Assembly: GCA_964387895.1 (NCBI GenBank)
Contig: CAYLWX010000004.1
Location: forward strand, 5,303 to 69,302
Origin: an uncultured Bdellovibrionales bacterium
GTDB lineage: Bacteria; Patescibacteriota; Minisyncoccia; Moranbacterales; UBA2206
Length of the DNA: 64,000 bases
Direction: 5' to 3'
A program made the position numbers and the translations under genes. Each line of letters opens with the position of its first letter. The stretch's first letter is position 1. The notes under the pieces are model-generated. The model made no database searches. It was not told the origin of the DNA and saw only the letters and a list, made by a program, of their open reading frames with translations. This document shows, piece after piece, positions 46,084 through 53,386 of the stretch.

Positions 46084-47067
46084 CTAATCTTTCTTATCTT
46101 TTTTCTTACTCTCCTTATCCTTCTCTTTAGCCGGTTCCGGTTGCGGAGTTTCAATTGCTTCCTGCTGTTCTTCCTGTGCAGTATCTGAAGTGGTGTACTT
46201 GAAATATACCTTGTTATCTGTTCGGAGATCAATATACTCCAGCTCTCTTCTCCTTTCATTCTCTACCGATTTTTTAAGCACCACCCGCAACATGTCTATT
46301 TCTTTCTGCAAAGAAATATTCCTGTCAAAATACAACGCCCAGCCTTCTTTTGTTTTCACGCGGATGTCTCCGGAGGCAAGATGGGGAGTAAAAAGATTTC
46401 TTTCCGCCTCAATATTAAGATCGCGTGATAGCTTTTCTTCTATATTCGCAAGATACTGAATATACTCCGAATCGAGCACGGAATCACCTGTCTCAAAATG
46501 TCTTCCTGATCCGCTTTGAAGTATAGGAAGCTCGCTTTTATTTATTTCAAAAGATCCCACCTCTACTTTCGAATAAGCGACACCGTTTTGGTCAATAGTG
46601 TAGCACCATTCTCCATCGCAAAGAAAAAGACTCAACTCTCTTTCTCTTACCTGCACCAAAAGACGATTAGGGAACTGCTTCCTTACCTGCGCACGCTCTA
46701 TGTCTTTAAATTCACGCGTCAATATGTTCTCTATCGCGTGAGGATAGATAAACAGAATATTATTTTTTCTTATTACGCGCATGTACTTTCCCTCAAAATT
46801 TCGTGCTATCATTTCCCGCACTTCAGAAGGACTTATTTTTTCCAGTCCTTTTATTTCTATCGCGGACACTCTTAGCAGGGGAGAAAAAAACAACACGTAC
46901 ACTACCACTCCAAAAAACAAGCATACCGCCGCTGGATATAATACCTTTTGAGAGGTCATTTTCGCCTTCACTTTTCTTGTGAAAGCGATATCCTGGTCTT
47001 TTTCCCTTTTCACGCGCTTAGCAACACGCCTCGGAGGAATATGCTTGTTTTTACGCCTAAAAATCAT
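46084..47067 (-). CDS. Cell division protein FtsQ/DivIB-like (POTRA domain)
   Basis: 327 aa. Basic N-terminus, a single TM helix, then a POTRA-like segment (VSAIEIKGLEKISPSEVREMI...FPNRLLVQVRERE). Acidic/Lys-rich C-terminal tail. Confidence 0.55.
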   Translation of the reverse strand: MIFRRKNKHIPPRRVAKRVKREKDQDIAFTRKVKAKMTSQKVLYPAAVCLFFGVVVYVLFFSPLLRVSAIEIKGLEKISPSEVREMIARNFEGKYMRVIRKNNILFIYPHAIENILTREFKDIERAQVRKQFPNRLLVQVRERELSLFLCDGEWCYTIDQNGVAYSKVEVGSFEINKSELPILQSGSGRHFETGDSVLDSEYIQYLANIEEKLSRDLNIEAERNLFTPHLASGDIRVKTKEGWALYFDRNISLQKEIDMLRVVLKKSVENERRRELEYIDLRTDNKVYFKYTTSDTAQEEQQEAIETPQPEPAKEKDKESKKKDKKD

Positions 47068-47073
47068 AGTATG

Positions 47074-47991
47074 CTAGAAATGTAAAAATAAATTTTCCAA
47101 AACCAGACGCATATTTGCATTAGTCCCCTTTATATCCTCCAGGCTCTTTATAATATGCCCCATTAGATAAAACGCTTTATGGGAAGACAAGTTAAACGAT
47201 CGGCTCCTTCCTTGTATAATCTCCCTGAAAATTATCGCCCAGTAATTAAGTGTCTTCATGGTGATGCTTTCATCTTTTGACAACTCTTCAGCGAAAAATA
47301 ACTTTTCTACCACATTATTAAGTAACATTTCTTCAAGCTTTCGCCTGGCTTCTCTCCGCAGATTTAATTCCGCGGAATTATTAACCAAAGTAATCGCTAG
47401 TCCCGGCCTTCGCAAAGACCAAAACGCGACTTCTCCCGCCAATTCTTTATTTTTACTCACACGCTCGATGCATTGATCCAGTTCTTCCGGGGAAACCGTA
47501 CCAAATCTGCAAACCTGGCAACGAGAGACAACGGTTGGAAGAAGCATCCACTCGTCCTGTGCCACCAGTATCATTACTGTCCCCTTGGGCATTTCTTCCA
47601 GCGTTTTAAGCAGCGCGTTCTGCGCGGTTTTATTCAGCCAGTCCGCGTCATTCACAATCGCCACTTTATAACTACCCCGAGCAGACAAAATAAGCCAATG
47701 CTGGAGATCCTTTACTGCTTCTACTTTTATCTCCTTCTTTTTTACCACTCCGTTTTTTTCCTCCACTTCCGGAGCAACCACTCGAATATCTGCATGAAGC
47801 ATCTCCTGAGAAACGTCCATACTATTCTCCCACTCCGCGCGATTCTCCACTAGATTTCTGGCAAAACTAAGCGCGACCGCGAACTTACCCACGCCTTCCG
47901 GACCAGAAAAAAGATAGGCATGGGAAACACTATGCCGAGAGATAGATCTTTCCAGACGATGAAGTATTTTTTTGTGACCGATAATGTCCAT
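47074..47991 (-). CDS. holB: DNA polymerase III delta-prime subunit (clamp-loader AAA+)
   Basis: 305 aa, starting MDIIGHKKILHRLERSISRHSVSHAYLFSGPEGVGKFAVALSFARNL, with an SRC-like motif (VVSRCQVCRF). Confidence 0.7.
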   Translation of the reverse strand: MDIIGHKKILHRLERSISRHSVSHAYLFSGPEGVGKFAVALSFARNLVENRAEWENSMDVSQEMLHADIRVVAPEVEEKNGVVKKKEIKVEAVKDLQHWLILSARGSYKVAIVNDADWLNKTAQNALLKTLEEMPKGTVMILVAQDEWMLLPTVVSRCQVCRFGTVSPEELDQCIERVSKNKELAGEVAFWSLRRPGLAITLVNNSAELNLRREARRKLEEMLLNNVVEKLFFAEELSKDESITMKTLNYWAIIFREIIQGRSRSFNLSSHKAFYLMGHIIKSLEDIKGTNANMRLVLENLFLHF

Positions 47992-48051
47992 AGTAATGGA
48001 AAAAGTAAATATTAAAAATCAAGCGGGACAATGTGAAATTCAAAATGATTT

Positions 48052-48212
48052 TACTATGTCATTCCCGCGTAGGCGGGAATCCAGAATTTAAATCAATAAG
48101 TGAATTAAATAATGAATTTAACTTTGATTCTTTTTGTTTTATAGCTGGATTATTATAGGATAAGTTTACAGCATTCTCCTGGATTCCCGCCTACGCGGGA
48201 ATGACATAGTGA
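48052..48212. mobile_element. MITE-like palindromic element, short subfamily (copy C)
   Basis: TACTATGTCATTCCCGCGTAGGCGGGAATCCAG...CTCCTGGATTCCCGCCTACGCGGGAATGACATAGTGA. The internal AT-rich core is shared with copy D. Confidence 0.7.
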
Positions 48213-48238
48213 GAAAACCAGTTTTACATTTTTATTTG

Positions 48239-49396
48239 TCATTTTTCATTTTGATATTTACATTTTTCATTCTCTATCACTTCTTCAATAAACCCACCGA
48301 ACTCTCTCATAAACCTTTCTTTACTAAACTCCTTAGCCTTACTCCTAATATATTCTCCATCATATCTTTCCTTATTTTCCGTAAATCTCCTCACGCCGTC
48401 AGCAATAACCTCAGGGGTTGCCGCGTCAAAAAATTCTCCTGTCTTTCCTTCAACTATAATTTCCCTCACGCCCCCTTTTCTAATGGCCAGCACGGGAATC
48501 CCGTATGACATAGCCTCCACCGCGACTATCCCAAAATCATCCGCAGAAGGAAAAAGACACGCCCTCGCATTCTTGTAATACTCTTTTAGTGTCTTTTCAT
48601 CTTTCCATCCGGCTATCGTGACATGTTTGGAAGCAATAGAACGCAGATATTTTTCCTGCGCTCCCTCCCCTACCACCACCAGGGGCAGCTCCAGTTTATT
48701 GAATGCTTCTATGACTGCTTCAGCATTTTTATAAGGCGAGAGGCGTGAAACCATAAGGAAATATCCCTGTTTATTCTCTAACTCCCGGGATTTTATTTCT
48801 CCTCCCTGCTCTTCTATACACGCAGGAGGATAAATCACCGCACTCTCTCTTCTGTAATATTTTCTTATTCTTTCCTGGGTATAACGGGAATTCGCGATTA
48901 TATAGTCCGGCCTGTCCGCGGCTACTTTGTCCCACATGCGGAGATAGTTAAGATATACGCGGGCAAAAAAAGAAATCGCCCGAGTGCCCTTTTGAGCGTC
49001 GATATATTCATCGCTTGAGTCCCACGCAAAACGCATAGGGCTATGCATGTAGCATATATGTTTCACGTTAAGCCGTGTTACCAACCCTTTGCACCACGCT
49101 CCTGAACTGCTTATTACCACATCAAAATCACGCAAATTAAATGTTTCAGGAGCCGTCGGTATAAACGGCAGCAGGTAGCGCGACCTTCTCCTCAGGAATC
49201 CGGGAAACTTTTGCAGAAAGGAAGTATGGATTTCCCTGTCTTCAAACTTTCCCCTCATCCTGTTTTTATCATACATCAGCGTATACACCGGCGCCTCCGG
49301 AAACATTTCTAAAATTGTTTCCAGCACTTTTTCCGCTCCTCCGTATTGCGTCAAAAAATCATGAACTATCGCAACTTTTAAATGAGAAAGATTCAT
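48239..49396 (-). CDS. GT-B fold glycosyltransferase (GT4)
   Basis: 385 aa. LKVAIVHDFLTQYGGAEKV at the N-terminus and GVREIIVEGKTGEFF (EX7E region) at the C-terminus. Confidence 0.7.
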   Translation of the reverse strand: MNLSHLKVAIVHDFLTQYGGAEKVLETILEMFPEAPVYTLMYDKNRMRGKFEDREIHTSFLQKFPGFLRRRSRYLLPFIPTAPETFNLRDFDVVISSSGAWCKGLVTRLNVKHICYMHSPMRFAWDSSDEYIDAQKGTRAISFFARVYLNYLRMWDKVAADRPDYIIANSRYTQERIRKYYRRESAVIYPPACIEEQGGEIKSRELENKQGYFLMVSRLSPYKNAEAVIEAFNKLELPLVVVGEGAQEKYLRSIASKHVTIAGWKDEKTLKEYYKNARACLFPSADDFGIVAVEAMSYGIPVLAIRKGGVREIIVEGKTGEFFDAATPEVIADGVRRFTENKERYDGEYIRSKAKEFSKERFMREFGGFIEEVIENEKCKYQNEK

Positions 49397-49431
49397 AATA
49401 TGAGCAAAATTAGTTTTAACATAGAGTATTT

Positions 49432-49585
49432 CCCCTTCTCACCATAAATGGGGAGAAGGTGGCCGTAGGCCGGATGAGGGGTCGATACAAAGCAGGGAAG
49501 GCCGTACAACCAAACTTATCTCGCTATCTACGACCCCTCACCCTACCCTCTCCCCGCTCGCCGCGAGCGAGGAGAGGAGGAAAAA
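49432..49585. repeat. ~150-bp intergenic repeat with nested hairpins (copy 2)
   Basis: Near-identical to 43934-44085 over the first ~120 bp. The terminal hairpin is replaced by CTCTCCCCGCTCGCCGCGAGCGAGGAGAGG. Confidence 0.7.
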
Positions 49586-49592
49586 ACTAATT

Positions 49593-50675
49593 TTATTCCT
49601 CCGTTAAAACCTCCGCGACGCGACGCGCGCATGTATTCCAGCAAAACCTCCTTATATTTTCATATCCTTTATTTTTCAATTCCTCCTGAAGATTCTTTTT
49701 TCCTACCAACTCTGCTATGTTCTCCGCTATTATATCATTCTGAGCCGGATCAACCAGTATCGCGCTTTCCCCGACTATCTCTCGCATAAGAGACGTATCA
49801 GAAGTGATTACCGGCACTCCCATGCTTTGCGCTTCCAGCACCGGCAAACCAAATCCTTCCGACCAGGTGGGAAAAAGAAAAATTTCCGCGTGTTGCATAA
49901 AGTTCCATTTTTCCTCTTCGCTTATAAACCCAGTAAGCACAATGTCTGACGCGTAATTACTTTTATCTATTATACTTTTAATTTCTTCATATCCATACCC
50001 AGCCTTTCCCGCTAACACTAACTTATGAGGAAAATGATGTTTTTTCTTTACTATTTCAAACGCTTCTACAATTCCCAAAATATTCTTTCGCCTCTCAATC
50101 CGGCCAACATAAAAAAAATAAGGTCCAGTAATTGGGAATTGGGAATTAGGAATTAGGAATTGGGAATTACCACCATGTCCTTCATGCACCACTTTTATCT
50201 TTTTTTCCGAAATTCCATACACATTCATTAAATCATTTTTTGTAATATCTGATACCGCGATAATTTTACGCGCCCATCGGCAGGAATTTTTTATCGACCA
50301 CCGCATATACCGTCTGTCCCACGCGGAATACGCCTGCGGCATATGCTCATACTCCAACCCGTGCACAGTGACAACCGTATTTTTAGAATGAAAGACAGGA
50401 ACCACATGAGCAGGAATAAAGAGCGTGTCGACCGGATGGACAAGCATTTCAACAGAAAGCCTGATTTGCGTCCATAACATCGGTAACCATAATTCTTTTA
50501 TCTTCCAAGTTAAAGGAACATCAAAGTCCAGCGTCTGCCCCTTGCGCGTATACAGCATCACATCATGCCGCGCGAGTACCGTACTCCGAAGCTCTTTTAT
50601 TATCTGGTAAGAGTACTCTTCAATACCAGTACGCTCTCTCACGCACGCGCGGGAAGCATCAATGCCGATAACCAT
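49593..50675 (-). CDS. GT-B fold glycosyltransferase (GT4) carrying an in-frame heptamer repeat
   Basis: 360 aa. VIGIDASRA at the N-terminus and GFGLPVLEAQSMGVPVITS in the C-terminal domain. The segment NSQFLIPNSQFPI is encoded by the AATTGGG-type repeat at 50130-50168. Confidence 0.7.
   Translation of the reverse strand: MVIGIDASRACVRERTGIEEYSYQIIKELRSTVLARHDVMLYTRKGQTLDFDVPLTWKIKELWLPMLWTQIRLSVEMLVHPVDTLFIPAHVVPVFHSKNTVVTVHGLEYEHMPQAYSAWDRRYMRWSIKNSCRWARKIIAVSDITKNDLMNVYGISEKKIKVVHEGHGGNSQFLIPNSQFPITGPYFFYVGRIERRKNILGIVEAFEIVKKKHHFPHKLVLAGKAGYGYEEIKSIIDKSNYASDIVLTGFISEEEKWNFMQHAEIFLFPTWSEGFGLPVLEAQSMGVPVITSDTSLMREIVGESAILVDPAQNDIIAENIAELVGKKNLQEELKNKGYENIRRFCWNTCARRVAEVLTEE
50130..50168. 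repeat. Tandem heptamer repeat (AATTGGG/AATTAGG x ~5.5) inside a GT4 coding sequence
   Basis: aattgggaattgggaattaggaattaggaattgggaatt. It preserves the reading frame and sits in the inter-domain linker of the GT4 protein. Confidence 0.7.
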
Positions 50676-50713
50676 AATTAAATAGCAAACGACCGCAAAT
50701 TATTTTTAATTTC

Positions 50714-51721
50714 TCATTTCGTCAACATAATCGTCCTCTTGTACAACTCCAGATTATCTATCGCGGTGCCAATTCCTTTCACCACGCAAAGAAGCGGTTC
50801 ATCCGCCACATAGCATGGAACTTCGATGGTTTTCGTGATAAGCTGGTCCAAATGCCGAAGCAACGCCCCTCCTCCGGAAAGCACCATTCCCTTATCCATA
50901 ACATCCGCCGCAAGTTCCGGCGGGGTTTCCTGCAATACCTTTTTAATTGCGTTAATAATTTCCCGAAGCTCGTCCTGAAGCGCTTCTGTAACTTCATTGG
51001 AAGAAATCTTGATAGTTTTTGGAAGTCCTCCCGTTAAATCTCTTCCCCGCGCTTCCAAATATTCTTCTTTTACCTGGGGAAGCGCGGAGCCAATTTTAAT
51101 TTTAATTTCTTCCGCCGTCCGCTCGCCTATGGCTAAACTATACTTTCTCTTAATGTAATCCGCGATCGCCTGATCCAGCTTATTGCCTCCCACTCGCGCG
51201 CTGTGAGCCGCCACAATACCGCCTAAAGAAATAACCGCGACTTCTGAAGTTCCTCCGCCGATATCTATAATCATATTTCCCGCGGGAGAATTTATAGGAA
51301 TACCAGCACCAATCGCCGCCAGCACCGGTTCCTTGACTACATAGGCCGCCTTCGCGCCCGCCCGCATGGCCGCGTCAATCACCGCTCTTTTTTCCGTGGA
51401 AGTTACTCCCGCCGGAATAGAAACCATCACTTCCGGCCGCACCAAACGTATTTTTCCACTTACTTTATTAATGAAATACTTCAGCATGGCCTCGGTAATC
51501 CGGTAATCCGCGATAACCCCGTCTTTCATGGGGCGGCTGGCCACGATAGTGTCCGGCGTCCTCCCCAGCATTTCCTTCGCGTCATTCCCCACCGCCAGGA
51601 CTTTATTATCCAATATAGAAATCGCCACCACGCTTGGTTCATTGCATACCACTCCTTTTCCCGGAATAAACACCAAAATATTGGCCGTACCCAAGTCAAT
51701 TCCTATTTTTCGAATTAACAT
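50714..51721 (-). CDS. mreB: Rod shape-determining protein MreB (actin homologue)
   Basis: From the ATG at 51721 the product is MLIRKIGIDLGTANILVF.... Motifs GIDLGT and DIGGGT are present. The longer ORF from 51784 runs into the heptamer repeat and is unlikely to be real. Confidence 0.9.
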   Translation of the reverse strand: MLIRKIGIDLGTANILVFIPGKGVVCNEPSVVAISILDNKVLAVGNDAKEMLGRTPDTIVASRPMKDGVIADYRITEAMLKYFINKVSGKIRLVRPEVMVSIPAGVTSTEKRAVIDAAMRAGAKAAYVVKEPVLAAIGAGIPINSPAGNMIIDIGGGTSEVAVISLGGIVAAHSARVGGNKLDQAIADYIKRKYSLAIGERTAEEIKIKIGSALPQVKEEYLEARGRDLTGGLPKTIKISSNEVTEALQDELREIINAIKKVLQETPPELAADVMDKGMVLSGGGALLRHLDQLITKTIEVPCYVADEPLLCVVKGIGTAIDNLELYKRTIMLTK

Positions 51722-51730
51722 AAGAATAAA

Positions 51731-51842
51731 ATTCCCAATTTCTAATACCCAATTTCCAATAAATGTCCAATACTTAAATTCCAAAATTTTGGAATTGAGA
51801 TTTGGGATTTTATTGGAAATTGGAAATTGGAAATTGGAAATT
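51731..51842. repeat. Heptamer repeat block (GGAAATT x4 in tandem plus inverted CCCAATTTC copies) between mreB and murA
   Basis: attcccaatttctaatacccaatttccaat ... ttggaattgagatttgggatttt ... ggaaattggaaattggaaattggaaatt. The block is an imperfect inverted-repeat arrangement. The tandem part encodes the last residues (NNFQFPISNFQ) of the murA ORF. Confidence 0.7.
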
Positions 51843-53132
51843 ATTAGCTCCAGTAGTTGCCGGTAGCGAAATACTCCCGACTCTCTTTATTTTAGCTCCC
51901 AACTTCACAAGCCTTTCCTCAATCTTTTCATATCCTCGATCCACCTGATAGGCATCCTGGATAATGGTTTTCCCTTCCGCGATAAGCGCGGCAATAATCA
52001 AAGAAGCTCCCGCCCGAAGATCGTAACTGGTAATCGTGCTTCCTTTTAATTTCACGGGCCCGCGCACCAATGCTTCGTGGGAATTCATAAACTCTATTTT
52101 CGCGCCCATTTTTTGCGCTTCTTCCAGATACTTAAATCTCCCTTCGTATAACGTGTCATACATCAGTGTTGTTCCTTCAGCCTGGGTTGCCAGAATACCA
52201 AACGGCGCTTGCACGTCAGTAGGAACCCCCGGATATGTTCTGGTTTCAATCTTTTTCACCGCGGCAAGTTTCTTTCCGGGCGCTACTTCGATATAATTTT
52301 TTCCCACACGGAACTCCGCGCCCATTTCGCGCAATTTCTCCAATACCAAATCAAGATGTTCTTCTCTCGCATACTTTACTCGAATAGGACTTCCTGTCGC
52401 CACTCCCATAATTAAAAACGTGGCCGCTTCATTCGCATCGGGAATTATGGAATGTGTTGCTCCCCGCAAATTCCGCGTACCGGTAATTTCCAATGTATGC
52501 GTTCCCAGTCCGGCTATCTTCGCTCCCATAGAAACTAAAAATCTCCCTAAATCTTCCACGTGAGGTTCCGCTGCCGCGATTTTAATGACCGTCTTCCCTG
52601 GTAAACTCGCCGCCAGCATCATCGCGTTCTCCGTTCCCGTTACTGAAAACTCCTGAAGCACCACATGAGCCGATTTCCGGCCGGACGCGTCGACAATATA
52701 AAATTTTCCATCCTGGCGAATTTTTATCCCCATTTTGGCAAGCGCGTCAAAATGTGTTCCTAACGGACGGGCTCCAATCACGCATCCGCCCGGATGAGCA
52801 ATTTTAAACCGTGAAAACCTGGCGCAAAGCGATCCTAACAATAAAATAGAAGAACGCATTTTTTTCACATTCTGAATATCCATCTTCTCCGGCCGTACCT
52901 GATCCGCTCTTATCTTCACCTTTCGCTTCCCTGTCCATTCAACCTCCGCACCCATGCTTTTGAGGATTTCAATCATTCTAAAAACATCCTCGATTAAAGG
53001 GATGTTTGAAATCACGCATTCCCCCCTGGTAAGCAGTGCTGCCGCGAGAATGGGAGTAGTAGCGTTCTTGGATCCTCTCACCTCTATCTCTCCTTTGAGC
53101 TTTTTCCCGCCCTGAATTTCAAAAATTTCCAT
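51810..53132 (-). CDS. murA: UDP-N-acetylglucosamine 1-carboxyvinyltransferase MurA
   Basis: From the Met at 53132: MEIFEIQGGKKLKGEIEVRGSKNATTPILAAALL..., matching the MurA N-terminus and domain pattern. The ~20-aa C-terminal tail past ...LGAKIKRV is contributed by the repeat block. An upstream Met at 53177 is possible. Confidence 0.9.
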   Translation of the reverse strand: MEIFEIQGGKKLKGEIEVRGSKNATTPILAAALLTRGECVISNIPLIEDVFRMIEILKSMGAEVEWTGKRKVKIRADQVRPEKMDIQNVKKMRSSILLLGSLCARFSRFKIAHPGGCVIGARPLGTHFDALAKMGIKIRQDGKFYIVDASGRKSAHVVLQEFSVTGTENAMMLAASLPGKTVIKIAAAEPHVEDLGRFLVSMGAKIAGLGTHTLEITGTRNLRGATHSIIPDANEAATFLIMGVATGSPIRVKYAREEHLDLVLEKLREMGAEFRVGKNYIEVAPGKKLAAVKKIETRTYPGVPTDVQAPFGILATQAEGTTLMYDTLYEGRFKYLEEAQKMGAKIEFMNSHEALVRGPVKLKGSTITSYDLRAGASLIIAALIAEGKTIIQDAYQVDRGYEKIEERLVKLGAKIKRVGSISLPATTGANNFQFPISNFQ

Positions 53133-53186
53133 AGGTGTATTATAGGCGAATACGGTTCTTTTTTCAAGTCGATCCATTTCCTACCG

Positions 53187-53337
53187 TGTCATTCCCGCGA
53201 AGGCGGGAATCCATGATTTAAATCGATAGGTGAAATAAAAAATGAATTTAATTTTAATTCTTCTTACCCTATAGCTTGATTATTATTAAATAGGCATGTG
53301 GTATACTCCTGGATTCCCGCCTCCGCGAGAATGACAT
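53187..53337. mobile_element. MITE-like palindromic element, short subfamily (copy D)
   Basis: GTGTCATTCCCGCGAAGGCGGGAATCCATG...CTCCTGGATTCCCGCCTCCGCGAGAATGACAT. About 50 bp upstream of the murA start. Confidence 0.7.
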
Positions 53338-53386
53338 AAAAAATTAAATGTGTAATTCTAAACATGTTCTGGCTTAATACGGGAAC

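Noticed and set aside
46065-46259. 64-aa minus-strand ORF at the 3' end of the FtsQ-like gene
   Set aside because: Alternative frame of the Lys/Glu/Asp-rich C-terminal tail of the FtsQ-like ORF. Arg/Lys-only low-complexity product.
51722-51784. Upstream in-frame extension of MreB (MEFKYWTFIGNWVLEIGNFILM)
   Set aside because: It is encoded entirely by the heptamer-repeat block, and canonical MreB begins at MLIRKIGIDLGT.
50130-51842. Possible CRISPR-like array of GGAAATT/GGGAATT repeats
   Set aside because: The repeats are 7 bp and directly tandem with no spacers, no leader and no cas genes, so this is a simple-sequence repeat and not CRISPR.
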